DNA of 64,000 nt from Octopus sinensis (taxonomy: Eukaryota). How positions within the stretch are numbered: position 1 is the stretch's first letter; every line of letters starts with the position of its first letter. Of the stretch, positions 43,850 to 57,297 are shown piece by piece. The DNA is taken from assembly GCF_006345805.1 (NCBI RefSeq), contig NC_043004.1, forward strand, positions 78,988,001 through 79,052,000, read 5' to 3'. The position numbers were made by a program, and so were the translations under genes. A model generated the notes under the pieces. The model made no database searches, was not told the DNA's origin, and worked only from the letters and a program-made list of their open reading frames with translations.

Positions 43850-45046
43850 GTAAAAATATAGCCATCATTATCGTTACATTTTATTGTTTACTGTCAGTTT
43901 TTTGTTGTTTAAAATCGTTTGTTAATTTTTGTTTGGATTTAATTTCTAGTATTTGTGATCGTTTTCAATATTCATTGTCTATGTTTTAATGTCATGTGTT
44001 ATAGTAACGACCAAAGAAATTGCAAAACTTTTAAGTTGCTTTCAGCTGTAGAATAAAATTAAATGCTTTGTTCATAAAATGATTTCCTCGCTTCCTAAAT
44101 ATTTATTTTTCTCGCTGCATTGTCATAATTTCCAAGATAATATTTAATTTTGCTACTTAAAATTTTAATTCATCTCTATCATTAAAGATTTTTAACGACT
44201 CAACAAAACAGGAGAGCCATTTTATGGAGTGGTTTACCAAATTTTCGAAAGGTTTTCATTTTTGTTTAAGTTATATAATTGTTCTCTATTGAATGACATA
44301 TTTTTCAATATAATTTTAGACATCTTGATCAAGATATATACCTTAAGATATATACCTCAAGATATATACCTTAAGACGATTACAAGACAAAATTCGTCAA
44401 GCCACATTAAGATAATGTAGAATGATATAAATCTCCTTTTTTTTCTTTTATATTATTTTTCTTAACGGAGGATTTGAAATTACTGGATCCTTTGAATTGC
44501 TGCAAATTTGCAGTTAGAAAACCGTAAAGTATGGAAATTTTTCATGGCTACAAGCATGAGTAGATTTGAGAAGAAAGACAGCCTAATGCTTGGATAAAAT
44601 ACAATAGATGTGAATCAATATGAAAGCTGACCTTTATAAGATGAGTTTTAATATAATTATCACAGAAACTTAAGTTGTGACTTAGTTGCTATTGATATAA
44701 TAGTAACCAAGTCCAAAAAAATTATAAGCTTGCGGTGGGCTGCTTGCGGTGGCTGTGTATGTAGTTTTGTTTGCTAACTTGTTCTTTCTCTTAACCGCTA
44801 CGTTGTTTAAATCACGTCGGCCATGACTGAGTTGACTGACTGCATAATAAAAGGTATTCTGGACGTAAGCATCTGGTTATCTTTTTTGTATATCAAAGCT
44901 TACATTGCCTAGTGTTGCCTATTAATTTAAAGCAGTAATGTTTGGTTATTATTTCTATCAGATCGAGTGACCTCGTGGAGTCTCTTCCAAAAACCTGTCT
45001 CCATTCTGGAATAAAATACGACTAGATGCTGCGATGCTTCATTATA

Positions 45047-45349
45047 TACTTGCACTATGACCCGGCGCTGTCGGGTCTAGTGCTAGTCAAGCATATTTAG
45101 TCTTTCATGAAAATCTCTCTCTCTTGTCATTCACTTGGTCTAACTCGTTAATTATTCCCTGCATTTCTCAAATCAAGAAAGCGTGCAGGTTTGAAAGCCA
45201 AAACACATGATAACGCGTCTTTGCAAAACACAAAAGTGCGCAGTCATACAGACTGTCTGCAAATGCGCACGCGCATCCAACTGTCAGGTGTAAAATTATC
45301 ACCGTCCAATCAAAAAACAGACATTTTTGCCATTTATAGATATAGAGAT
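45047..45349 (-). mobile_element. Non-autonomous Helitron
   Basis: Minus-strand 5' tctctatatctataaatggcaaaaatgtctg and 3' hairpin gacccgacagcgccgggtc. A related 5' end lies at about 45775 (minus). Confidence 0.65.
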
Positions 45350-46095
45350 TTTAAGCAAACGTTTAGAAATTCTCTGGGAAATCCAGAAATTCGGGACAGT
45401 TCCGGTCCTAAATTGGATAAATTGGTCTGGTACAGTATTGAGGTGTGATACATAACAAAGGGAGGGAAATGCAGAGTTTTACAGAGTTATTTCCCTTGAT
45501 ATTGTTTAATATCTTTAGATTAAACTCCTGGATTAAGTGAGTTACGTCCCTTGTATTAAAGACTTTTGTTACCTGAAACATAAGGGGTCGGTTCATCGAT
45601 TTTTTTTAATGACTTTCAGGGGTAACTGGGAAATGAAAAGATCTTCACAACCACCCTTGGACGGTTTTGAATGACCATAGAAAGTGAGAGACCTCTAGCT
45701 GAAAAATTGTGGATTTGTATAAAGGACACACACACACACATTCACAGATATTTTGCCGTTTATATATATAGAGAGGCTATTGGATATTTTTATTTCATTT
45801 TATATTACTTAGTTATTTTGGAACTAATATATTTTGAAACAGGAGAAAAAGGAAAACACGTTTTGTATGCAATTTTAAAAGTCAAGGGTAAATGGGATCT
45901 CTGTAAATGAGATCGGAGATGGTAAAGGCCCTATTTTTGTTACTTTGGTAAAAAATGATACCTGCAAGAACTCCAGCTCTCACTCGTTTCTTTGCTTTCT
46001 GAAAAGAGAAAAAAATAAGAATGACAGATGTTGTCATCAATATGGCACTGTGTATATATGGAAGCGTAAAAAGAAATTTGTGATACGTATGTGTG

Positions 46096-46127
<32 letters not shown>

Positions 46128-46145
46128 CGTGTGCGTGTGTGGTGT

Positions 46146-46178
<33 letters not shown>

Positions 46179-47080
46179 AGAGAGAGTCAATGACTGAGAA
46201 AAAATACCGGCTTTTTATGTAATCGCCGATGTTGTTGTTTCATAGACCAGACCAACGTTGATCGAGCAGACCTATAATAATCGAAAGTGTTCCGACAGTG
46301 GCCACCTCATCGATTTCAGACACTGTATGCAGAATCACATTATTCCTTCATTTTGGTATTGGTTTGTTCCCTTGAGAGCTTGATGCCATTAATATTCCTC
46401 TTGTAATGTTTCAAGTTGATACCTGTAAGAAAAAGAACAGGGAAGGAGAGACAGTTGCAGAGGGATGGCATTCTGAGAGGGAAGGATTGAGCGTAGTGGT
46501 TTGTGTGAGGCTTGAATGTGGGGAGTACGCATATTAATGGAGAATGGAGAGAAAAAACAAATGAGTTGTGAGTTCCTAAATGGAGGATGACTCGAGACCA
46601 GTCATTGCCGAAATTCAGAGGCCTTTATAATTGCAGTAGAACGGCACTGAGAGGTGAGAGCATATCTGTGAGCCAAGTGCCAGTGTGTGTTAGCGAGAGG
46701 TTTCCTGCAAGTCAATCGAGTGGATTTCCTCTGGATACACTACATGATGTCTGTATGCAAAACAGCGACACCGTCTCCATTGTGGGTCTCACTTATAGAA
46801 GATTACTATTTGTTGAGGGATTAAGTATTTTAGAAAATATAATATGGTTTGTCTACTATTTCAAGAGAGAGGGGGCATTAAGCGATTCTTTATCGACATG
46901 TAATATCATAAAGATCTGTTTAAAAGAATAAAACTTTGGGTCAGGATGTTCAGAGCCAAGAGAAATTTTCAAAGAAGATTCTATTTAGAAATATCTTCAA
47001 AATTATGTTTCTGAAAACGAATCCCTTATCATTGAAATTAATTTGGCAATAATTTTACTTCAGTTAACTTTTCATTTTGT

Positions 47081-47325
47081 GGAGGCGCGTGCTTAGTGGT
47101 TAGGATGTCAGCATCATGGTCGTAAGATTGTGGTTTCGATTCCTGGACCGGGCGACACGTTGTGTTCTTGAGCAAAGCACTTCATTTCACGTTGCTCCAG
47201 TCCACTCAGCTGGCATAAATTATTAACGCTGCGATGGACTGGCGTCCCGTCCAGCTTGGGAACACATACGCCATGGAAACCGGGAGACCGGGCCCATGAG
47301 CCTGGCTAGGCTTTAAAAGGGGACA
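47081..47325 (+). mobile_element. tRNA-derived SINE with CORE-like and V-like domains
   Basis: A/B boxes (gcttagtgg, ggtttcgattcc), ttgtgttcttgagcaaagcacttcatttcac, and ctgcgatggactggcgtcccgtccag. Confidence 0.8.
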
Positions 47326-47574
47326 TTATTATTATTATTTAATTTTTCATTTGACATGTTTAAAAACAACGCATTAATATGTGAATATCCGAAATATTTG
47401 ATTTCCTTTTGTCGTCGGTCAGATATTTACTATTCACAATTGCATATTTATCAATTTATCTATCTGAACAAAAACATGGTTAAATTTAGTGTGTAGAGTG
47501 CTATAAAGCTAATTAGAAATAATTAAATTAAACGTTAATTAATTTGTAATATTATCTTTGCAACTTAAGGATTC

Positions 47575-48900
47575 AACTCCAGATTCGTTTTAGTATTTTT
47601 ATACCTCATCAGCGAGGTGTAAGCTTCAATATATTTACCGAAATTGTGGTAGAAGAAACAAGTGACGGCACACAATTGTACGCTAACTGTTGAAGAAGAT
47701 AAATTCAACGACAATAAAATGCTAAATTTAATTAGGTTTGAATATTCCGAATACTATGTTGTAAAAATGAAATAAGTTTTACTAAAATCAATCAGCAATG
47801 AAGTTACGTCTGTAAACTGTAGTACGTATAATTGTTTATATTCTGTCGTATTCGTATAAGTGCCTTTGTGTCTAGACACATGTTCATATATATGTATGTG
47901 AGTGTTTGCGTATACGACGTTTAGCTGTATTTTTGTCTTCACTGGTGTATATTACTCGATTGTGCGGAGTTCGTATCGTTAACGATACGTTTAAGTGCCC
48001 ATATCTAAGTTATCTAATTTGAAATGCTATCTAATGCTACTTACTTGTGCCTCATGTTTGTGTATGTAAATTTTGAGTGTTCTGGTTTTGATGTTTGTGC
48101 TAGTGTTTGTGTTCATGATCATGGATTTATATTTCAGTTACCCGAGGGTAGACGGTAAGTTATCGAAGTGGAATTTATGGGGAAGTAGGTAACGACAATG
48201 ACGTTCAGAAATGGAATGGAGGCGACTGTGAATTGTTAAAGTGAATTTCTTAAAGTGAGGTCAACCGTGATCTGTTAAAATGGTGGGAGGCAATGACGAA
48301 TTACCAAAGTTGAATTGTTAATAATATACTCAAACGGGAGGTAATTGAATTTTCACAGGGAGTGAGTGTGTCAACTATGAATCTCTACTGAAACAAAGGT
48401 TCCTGAAGAATTACCAAAAAACGATAGGCTTTCGTTTTTGAATTTGAGTTTGTGGCTTATTTTTTTCTTTCAGCACTTCACGATGAGTACCAGATATAGC
48501 TTATCTACCAGATATAGCTTATCTGAGACGCGTCCAGCTAAATGTATTGTACTTCGTTTTGATTCTCGCGGTTTTCTCCTCAAATCTCTTCGCATCCAAC
48601 AAAATAAGTACCAGTAAGAGACTAAGGTGGATCCGTATATTCGTTTTCAAGGAACCAATGCATATACCTAATGTTGGTACTGTTAACTGGAAGGTGTACA
48701 GTTGTCCTTCTAGATGGAACGTTAGGCTTTTTTTTCTTATCGCTGGAAGAATTGAAATCAGTCCTACAAGATAATAATTCAATCTCAAATATTTAGAATT
48801 CGGTGGATTTTGACACTGCAATTGAGAGTGAAGTATATGCACCACGGACGCAGGCAGCGTTCGTCAAAAGATATCAGCTACCTTTTTGAATCTGCCAGCC
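47575..48900 (-). mobile_element. Highly decayed Penelope-like element remnant
   Basis: Minus-strand pieces resemble PLE RT motifs (ILPAIRK.PNVPSRRTTV vs LPKIHKPNVPGRPIVS; KFTL...IPFLNV). A degenerate hammerhead (CUGAUGA-GGUAU-AAAA-AUACU-AAAAC, 47587-47612) lies at the expected 3' end. Confidence 0.45.
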
Positions 48901-49613
48901 AAATTCTCAACATTGTAATCCTCTTCCTGTATTAAAATGCTGCTCTGTCTAGTCAAAAGGAACCAATATTTCCATTGTCTTTGATGAAGACAATAATTCA
49001 GAGGAAAGCTTTTATTTTTCTTGGTGAACTAAGTCCATGATCCTCTGCAAAAATAATTTTGCATTCTACGTCACGAAGACCCTTGAGAGCTATCAAACTT
49101 CAGCAACCTTCTCGGCTTTATAAATTTCTGGCCGTTATTTCGTATTAGAAACCAATATACGAACTGTACAATTCTGAACTAATCACTCTTTTTTCATCAC
49201 CAATTTAACCCTAATCACATTTTGCAGAAAACTTCGTAGAAATCCTTTCACTTCGCGGCTAAACAGTTGCGCTTAGTCTGTATGGAACGTAGATAGATTC
49301 GTAGTTTCGCCTGCACATTTTTCTTACCATCGAATTTAACCAGCTTAAAGTTGAAATCTATTTATTTCCACCTAACTCTGTTATTCCAGAATCAAACAAA
49401 CGTTGGAATAAAAATATTATTTCAAAAAACATTGCACAGCTAATATTTTTAGTGGCATGTTTATGGCGGAGAGAGCCATTTAAATAACGTTACTACCGTC
49501 ACCTACAAAGGCAATGCGCGCAAGCAAAAAAGGATATTTTTCAACACTTCACTCTTCGGTAACAAACATAATTTCCTGCAATATTTTTTCTTGAACTCTA
49601 TTTGTGTCTACAG

Positions 49614-49682
49614 TCAGAAGATGTGGATGAGGATGAGGATGAGGAGGAGGAGGAGGAGGAGGAGGAGACTGATAAAGAGGAG
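49614..49682 (+). CDS. Probable acidic linker exon F of the same collagen gene
   Basis: ctacag acceptor after a pyrimidine-rich tract and a strong gtgagt donor; phase 0-0, compatible with exon E. 23 codons: SEDVDEDEDEEEEEEEEETDKEE. No homology support. Confidence 0.65.
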
Positions 49683-50339
49683 GTGAGTGGGGATGTTTCA
49701 TTTTGTCCGTATTATATTACTCAGAATAATACCAGCTGATCAATAACTGGAGTGGGTTATTAATGCTGGTCAGGTTGACCTTGCACATCCTTTTTTTTTA
49801 TTTATTTATTATTATTATATAGTAATAACAATAATAGATTTTATAAACGACGTCAGTAAATGACTCAACTAGCTTGAAATGTGCTCCAAAGAAATGTAAT
49901 TCTCTAGATACCAAACGCAGTGGAAACGTAACACAATATAGACTATTAGGAGTTTAATCTAAGCAATAATAGCATTTAAGAAAAAAAACAATAAATAATA
50001 AATTATGCTATGAAAACAGATTTTACATATGTTCCAGTGTTTATTTTTAAAATTGATCTAAGAGGAAAAGAAAGGAAAATTATTTCTTCGCTCCTTAACA
50101 TCTTTATAATCTAAGCTTCTATTACCATCGTTTCTAAATGAAAAAAAAATGAATTCTCATATGAATTCAAATACATATAAAAGTTTTTTTTTTTGTAAAG
50201 TTCAAGTCAGATTATATCAAACATTACGAGATTTAAGAATCCTACTTTAGCCTGGCTCCTGTCGTTTGGTTTTTTTCTGCGATGCTATACGATTAACACA
50301 CGAACACACACACACACACGCACACACACATATATAACT

Positions 50340-50352
50340 ATATGTATATATG

Positions 50353-50393
<41 letters not shown>

Positions 50394-50428
50394 GGATATA
50401 TGAATATATATGTATGTATATATGTATG

Positions 50429-50461
<33 letters not shown>

Positions 50462-50738
50462 GTATGTATGTATGTGTATATATATATGTGTATATATATG
50501 TATATAATATGTATATATATGTATATGCATGTATATATATATGTATATGTATACATATATATGTATATGTATATATACATGTATATATATATGTATATGT
50601 ATATATGTATATATATGTTTATATATGTTTGTATGTATATATATATGTATATATGTATATATATATGTATATATGTATGTATATATGTATATATGTTTAT
50701 GTATGTATATATATATATACAAAAATGTATGTATATAA

Positions 50739-50813
<75 letters not shown>
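50340..50813. repeat. (TA)n/(TATG)n microsatellite
   Basis: Direct reading. Confidence 0.95.
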
Positions 50814-50815
<2 letters not shown>

Positions 50816-51553
50816 TTTGGAGTGCAAATTCTGAGTAGATAATGCGTTTTATCCATGATAATTGATAATGACAGAGTAGAATTTAAAATGTTGCCGTACC
50901 TTGTTTCTCATTGTGTAACATTTTAATTGGACAAAATATAACCACTCTTGTAATTAGAAGTATGTTTCCTGGATTTTCCTTTCGGCTCTAAGATAGAATC
51001 CGATACATATCATTTAAATTATTCTTTTCGCGAACCAGCCATTTCCCTTCGAGTGCGACTATACCCCCCGATAATTAATTCTCTCTCTGCACCTCTTTTA
51101 GACTTTAAGAGTTCTTAATTATATTCTATAAACTATTTTACGCTTTCCAATTTCCTATTTGTTTTCTCTGCCGTTTAGCATCTAATTAATGAAAACAAAC
51201 TTTAGCACAAGCACATACTATTAAAGTCTTATAAAATTAAATTGGATAATTTAAATCATTTTAACCACGTTGAATATTCAGCTTGAGAAGCTTATCAATA
51301 TATATTACAGAGGTACGACAATTCAATTGGAGACGTATTCTATGTTCAATTGATAAACCTCGCTTCATTTGCGTGATTATCAATTAGGCTATGATGGGTG
51401 GTGTACGCATTATACACATTTTATTATAGCCTATCACTCCAGGCTTATTATTCTCTTACATTATCGATAATATAATCCTGAGTTCTTCCCAGAGAATTAG
51501 AAATTGGCGTAAGTAATAATTATCACGGTCTAAATAGAATCATTGCTAATTTT

Positions 51554-51555
<2 letters not shown>

Positions 51556-51638
<83 letters not shown>
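51556..51638. repeat. (GATA)n microsatellite
   Basis: Direct reading. Confidence 0.95.
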
Positions 51639-52118
51639 TATAATTTATATGTTCGAAATGTCAAGAGAAGCTGCAATCGTAATAGGGATGTCTAAAATTT
51701 GGGGGAACTTGGCAGCGAATATTTTGAGGAATGTTTGCAAATTTCTTTATTTCTTAATTAAAAATCGTCAGAGCATTAAAAAAATTACAATGTAAAATAT
51801 TTTATTGTTAATATAATGGGCAACGACGAAAATGAAATAAAGTAAATAGGAAAGATAATAAAGGTGGGAATAGAGTATGAATATAAAACCATTAAAATGT
51901 GTATTAATACATTTTAGAATAAAGTAAGTATATTTAATTCAATGCTGCTCAAGAGAGGAGTCAGTATACTATTTTTATGGGACAAAACCGTTGAAAGATT
52001 TCCAAGTAAATGTATGGATTTAAATTTTCTTCATCTACATCGTCGCCCATTATATAAGACAGTGATCATTGTCATCTCTCTAACGATTTACAATTAAGGC
52101 AGAAACAAATTTGTGACC

Positions 52119-52182
<64 letters not shown>

Positions 52183-52434
52183 AAAAAAGGGAGATGTCGA
52201 ACACGAGTGGTGATATATAAAAAAGGAAATGAAGAAAATGCTGACAAATAATTGAAGTAATTTAAGTAATTTAATTAGGTGAAAGTTCTTTTTACCGGTT
52301 GCGCATTTGTTATGCTTATCAAAATATGTTATGCATATTTTGATAAGCATAACAAATGCGCAACCGGTAAAAAGAACTTTCACCTAATTAAATTACTTAA
52401 ATTACTTCAATTATGTCAGCATTTTCTTCATTTC

Positions 52435-52489
<55 letters not shown>

Positions 52490-52581
52490 AAGGAAGGAAA
52501 GAAAATGGAGATAAAGAAGTTAACAATAGTAGGTATTGTATTTCCTTGGATGCAACCATCCCTTTACGAGGTTAACATACC

Positions 52582-52663
<82 letters not shown>

Positions 52664-52695
52664 CTATATATATAGATAGATAGATAGATAGATAT

Positions 52696-52926
<231 letters not shown>

Positions 52927-53924
52927 TGCGTGTTTGTGTGTGTGCATCAAAATAAGATAAGGTATGAAGGCACTACTCGAAAATTTCCTTACTAAGCATT
53001 ATGATTGCACTGTTATTTTTTTTACAGCAGAATCTTACTTTTCACAGATGGAATCCAGCTGCACAAAATACAAGACACTTGCTTTTCAATAATATATATA
53101 TTCACAGCATCAAATAACTCGGCACTGTTTATGTTTCATCACATTTATCCTCACACAGCAATTTTTTGACACAAATATATTTTCACAGAAATAATATTTC
53201 TCTGGTTTCAACACAATTATTTCACAATTATTTCACAATTTTCACGTCACAATATTTTTCATCACAATTATCTTCACAACACAATTATTTTTTTCTCTCA
53301 TTATTGCACAACACACGCACGCTTTCACTGACACATTGTAGCAAATTTTATTCTCTTTTATTTTCAGTTTCTCTTTGCTATCGATACAGGTAAAATGTCA
53401 AATATACCGCCATTGTATTTTCTTTTTATATTGCTCGGAAATTTTTGCTGAAATTATTGTCTTTGCATTCCCCACAAAAATAGATAAGAAATTTAAGCTT
53501 TACATCGATCAAATTATCTGGAAGAAAACAGTGAATTTTACAGAAGCAAATGATTATTTTGTTGGATATCACATAAGAAGATTTAAGCTTCTGTAAGACG
53601 AGACCAATTCCCAATCGATAATGATCCTTTTCACTTATGCAACTAACGTACTTGAAACAATTTAAGACGTTAAAGTTTTTTTCTTTTTGTCTACAAAATA
53701 AAGAGTCTCTTTGCCATGTAAAATACAAGCAAACAACTTTTTCTTTATCAATAACGTATCTATTCCTTCTTAATATGTTCCTGTAGGTTCGAGTGTGAAT
53801 ATCTAATATTAAGTAGCTGAGTGTTTGAATATCTCAGATAAGTTGTTGTTAATAAGAAGTATGCCCTCCTGGGGACTAAACGAAAAGAACATTATTACTC
53901 TCAGTTTAGATATAAAGGAAATAA

Positions 53925-53966
53925 GACACCTGATGACGATCGGCAATCGAAATATGGTCTAGATGT
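53925..53966 (+). ncRNA. Hammerhead-like motif
   Basis: CTGATGA at 53930, c-GAT-cggca-ATC stem II, GAAA-TATG-GTC; stem I poor. Confidence 0.45.
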
Positions 53967-54656
53967 AAATGTTAAACAATTCTTCGTCTTTAAACATTAG
54001 GTTAATAGATAAAAATAAGTGTAATTCTTTTTATTATTTAGTAGATATTTTTTATGTTTTTTAATCTGGGAGGGGTGGGATTTTTAATTACAAATAGAAA
54101 TACGTGGTCGGAAAAGGAAAATAAGTTGTTTTTTCTACATCTGAATATTATCAATAGTAAATCTCTGACCGAGATGTAAACAGTAACTGCACGACAATGT
54201 AAAGTATACTAGCCATCTCAATATGGCTAACCACTAAGGGTGGGTGTTACTGTAGCTTGTAGCCCCAGGAGATCATCGTCTACAGCTGGCTTTAGGCACA
54301 CAAAGGGATGTCCTCCCTTTCCAAATACCATAAGGGCACAGAAAGTGTGCCTAAAGCCAGCTGGAGATGATGATCTCCTGTGGCTACAAGCTACAGTAAC
54401 ACCCACCGTTAGTGGTTAGCCATATTGAGATGACTAGTATACTTTACATTGAATATTATCATAATATAGAAATACATTATAATCCGTTTAATGTGCGTAC
54501 GTACATACGTGCATATTTGCATATTTGTATATTCTATCAATATACAATATCTATAGAAATAGATATTTCTGCACATTGCGAACCATATTAATTCTCTATG
54601 TATATATTCTCTCTATCTATCTACCCCCTCTCTCTCACTCATCTCTATATATAGTG

Positions 54657-54835
54657 AAGGCGCATGGCTTAGTGGTTAAGGTGTTGCACTCACGATTACA
54701 AAATCGTGGGTCCGATTCCCAGGCCGGGCGTTGCGTTGTGTTCTTGAGCAAAGCACTTCATTTCACGTTGCTCTGCGATCATTTCTTCATCCGGTGACGT
54801 ATGTTGTACCTGTACAGGTAATGTAGGAGAGTCCA
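54657..54835 (+). mobile_element. CORE-like SINE, duplicated in inverted form at about 55306-55485
   Basis: gaaggcgcatggcttagtggtt..ttgtgttcttgagcaaagcac. Confidence 0.8.
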
Positions 54836-54836
54836 T

Positions 54837-54915
<79 letters not shown>

Positions 54916-54921
54916 ATATAT

Positions 54922-54952
<31 letters not shown>

Positions 54953-55050
54953 GTTGAGGTGTATTCAGTTAAGAACCTATTAGATTCAAAGGAGCCAACT
55001 GGATGTGATAGCATCGAAATCAAAAATTCATTTACGGAGACAGCGATTAT

Positions 55051-55166
55051 ATATCACCTGAGGAAATATAACTAGGTCCTATTATACAGGTAAACAGTTA
55101 CTTAATTTAAATTTAAATCCAGCATTTATGTGAATCTAAGTTGTGTCGAAACACGTGTAGTGATAT
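55051..55166 (+). ncRNA. Type I hammerhead ribozyme motif with long stem II
   Basis: Stem I ATATCAC (55051-57)/GTGATAT (55160-66); CTGAGGA at 55058; atataact/agttgtgt stem II base; GAAAC at 55148; palindromic ACACGTGT stem III; GTA triplet. Confidence 0.78.
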
Positions 55167-55257
55167 TTAAACACCTGTCGAATCGTAGTCCCTGTTCCTT
55201 TTGACTCTATTTATTCTTTCCTTTATACACACACACACACACACATACACACACACA

Positions 55258-55304
<47 letters not shown>

Positions 55305-55812
55305 ATGGACTCTCCTACATTACCTGTACAGGTACAACATACGTCACCGGATGAAGAAATGATCGCAGAGCAACGTGAAATGAAGTGCTTTGCTCAAGAA
55401 CACAACGCAACGCCCGGCCTGGGAATCGGACCCACGATTTTGTAATCGTGAGTGCAACACCTTAACCACTAAGCCATGCGCCTTCACTATATATAGAGAT
55501 GAGTGAGAGAGAGGGGGTAGATAGATAGAGAGAAATATATACATAGAGAATTAATATGGTTCGCAATGTGCAGAAATATCTATTTCTATAGATATTGTAT
55601 ATTGATAGAATATACAAATATGCAAATATGCACGTATGTACGTACGCACATTAAACGGATTATAATGTATTTCTATATTATGATAATATTCAATGTAAAG
55701 TATACTAGTCATCTCAATATGGCTAACCACTAACGGTGGGTGTTACTGTAGCTTGTAGCCACAGGAGATCATCGTCTCCAGCTAGCTTTAGGCACACTTT
55801 CTATGCACTTAT

Positions 55813-55853
<41 letters not shown>

Positions 55854-56154
55854 GTATATACGTATGTAGGTATGTGCTTAACAGAACTCACGCGGGAGTA
55901 TTATAACAGGTTTGTATAAATAAGTGAAATACAAAATTTCCTGGTATAACTTATTCATCTCTTACATTACATATTGAATTAAACATAATTCATTCTTGGA
56001 TTATTTTGCCAACATAACGACAGAAAATATAATTATTGCTTCTCTCATTCTGTGATATAGATATAGTTTTGTTGCCGTTAGTATAATGACAAAGTTTTTT
56101 AACGTCTAGAATATATTTCTCATCTCAGACTTACGTGCGTGTAAGTTATATATA

Positions 56155-56375
56155 TTTCTTTATTGCCCACAAGGGGCTAAACATAGAGGGGATAAACAAG
56201 GACAGACAAAGGGATTAAGTCGATTACATCGACCCCAGTGCGAAACTGGTACTTAATTTATCGACCCCGAAAGGATGAAAGGCAAAGTCGACCTCGGCAG
56301 AATTTGAACTCAGAACGTAACGACAGACGAAATCCCTGCTAAACATTTCACCCGGCGCGCTAACGTGACTGCCAA
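56155..56375 (-). mobile_element. SINE (Meta-like core)
   Basis: Reverse complement of the 11027 copy. Confidence 0.85.
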
Positions 56376-56877
56376 GTTGTATAACCCGTTAGTCGTGAAA
56401 GTATTCGTGAGATTTTGTCTTCATGTGCTGCGTGGAAGATCAGCGAGCGATACCCATCATAGTCTTGCTCATACTTGCAGAAATATTCAAAGCAGCAGTG
56501 CACTCAGTACCTGTATATGTAATTAGGGATATCAAAGTCCCTATTTAACGCCCTATACATAGGTATCTTTTAGACATATCTAGGAAATACGAACTGTCGA
56601 ACATCATATAAACGATATCAATTTGTTTCATTTTAAATCTAAAGGACACTATTCAATAGTTCAATGAAATATGATCTTATCAGTATCATATCTTCATGTT
56701 CTGTCTGCTGCTTGAAATCAAAGATTTTTCCAGTTTATTGTTAATTTTGCCGACAATCTGCTGCATACAAATAATTCAAGAGCGAAAATTTTTATGTCAT
56801 AGCTTGGAAGATGCACCAAAAGCTTTTGTTCTTCAATATTATGTAATTGCATTCATGATGATGATGATGATGATTTA

Positions 56878-57165
56878 GAAATAACCGAGGAAACTGGAAA
56901 ACCATCAGAACGTAGCCAGACAGAAGAAAAGACTACAGAACGCAAAGGTGACATGTGTTCCCGTGGTGATTGGGTCGTCGTTGGTACAGCACCCAAAGTG
57001 TCTACCGTTAAAAGCTGCAGGATATTGGGATTGAGCATATTGTCTTCTTATCAGAAAAGTGCAATCTTGTGTCTGGCAAGAATGTCAAGAAAGATTCTTA
57101 AGATTTGAAGAGGCACGTTGTCACCAATTCTTAAGACAATATCCCTACTAATTAAATTAAATGCA
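56878..57165 (+). mobile_element. Decayed 3' end of a REL-type (R4/Dong-like) LINE
   Basis: Frameshifted VPVVIG..GTAPK..LQDIGIE..QKSAIL..ARMSRKILKI-stop, then a short UTR and (TAA)n. Confidence 0.6.
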
Positions 57166-57170
57166 ATATA

Positions 57171-57226
<56 letters not shown>

Positions 57227-57236
57227 AATAATAATA

Positions 57237-57297
<61 letters not shown>
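57165..57297. repeat. (TAA)n microsatellite
   Basis: Direct reading. Confidence 0.95.

Noticed and set aside
56879-56947. AG...GT-bounded charged segment as a further collagen exon
   Set aside because: Better explained as part of the decayed REL-type LINE C-terminus that continues to about 57110.
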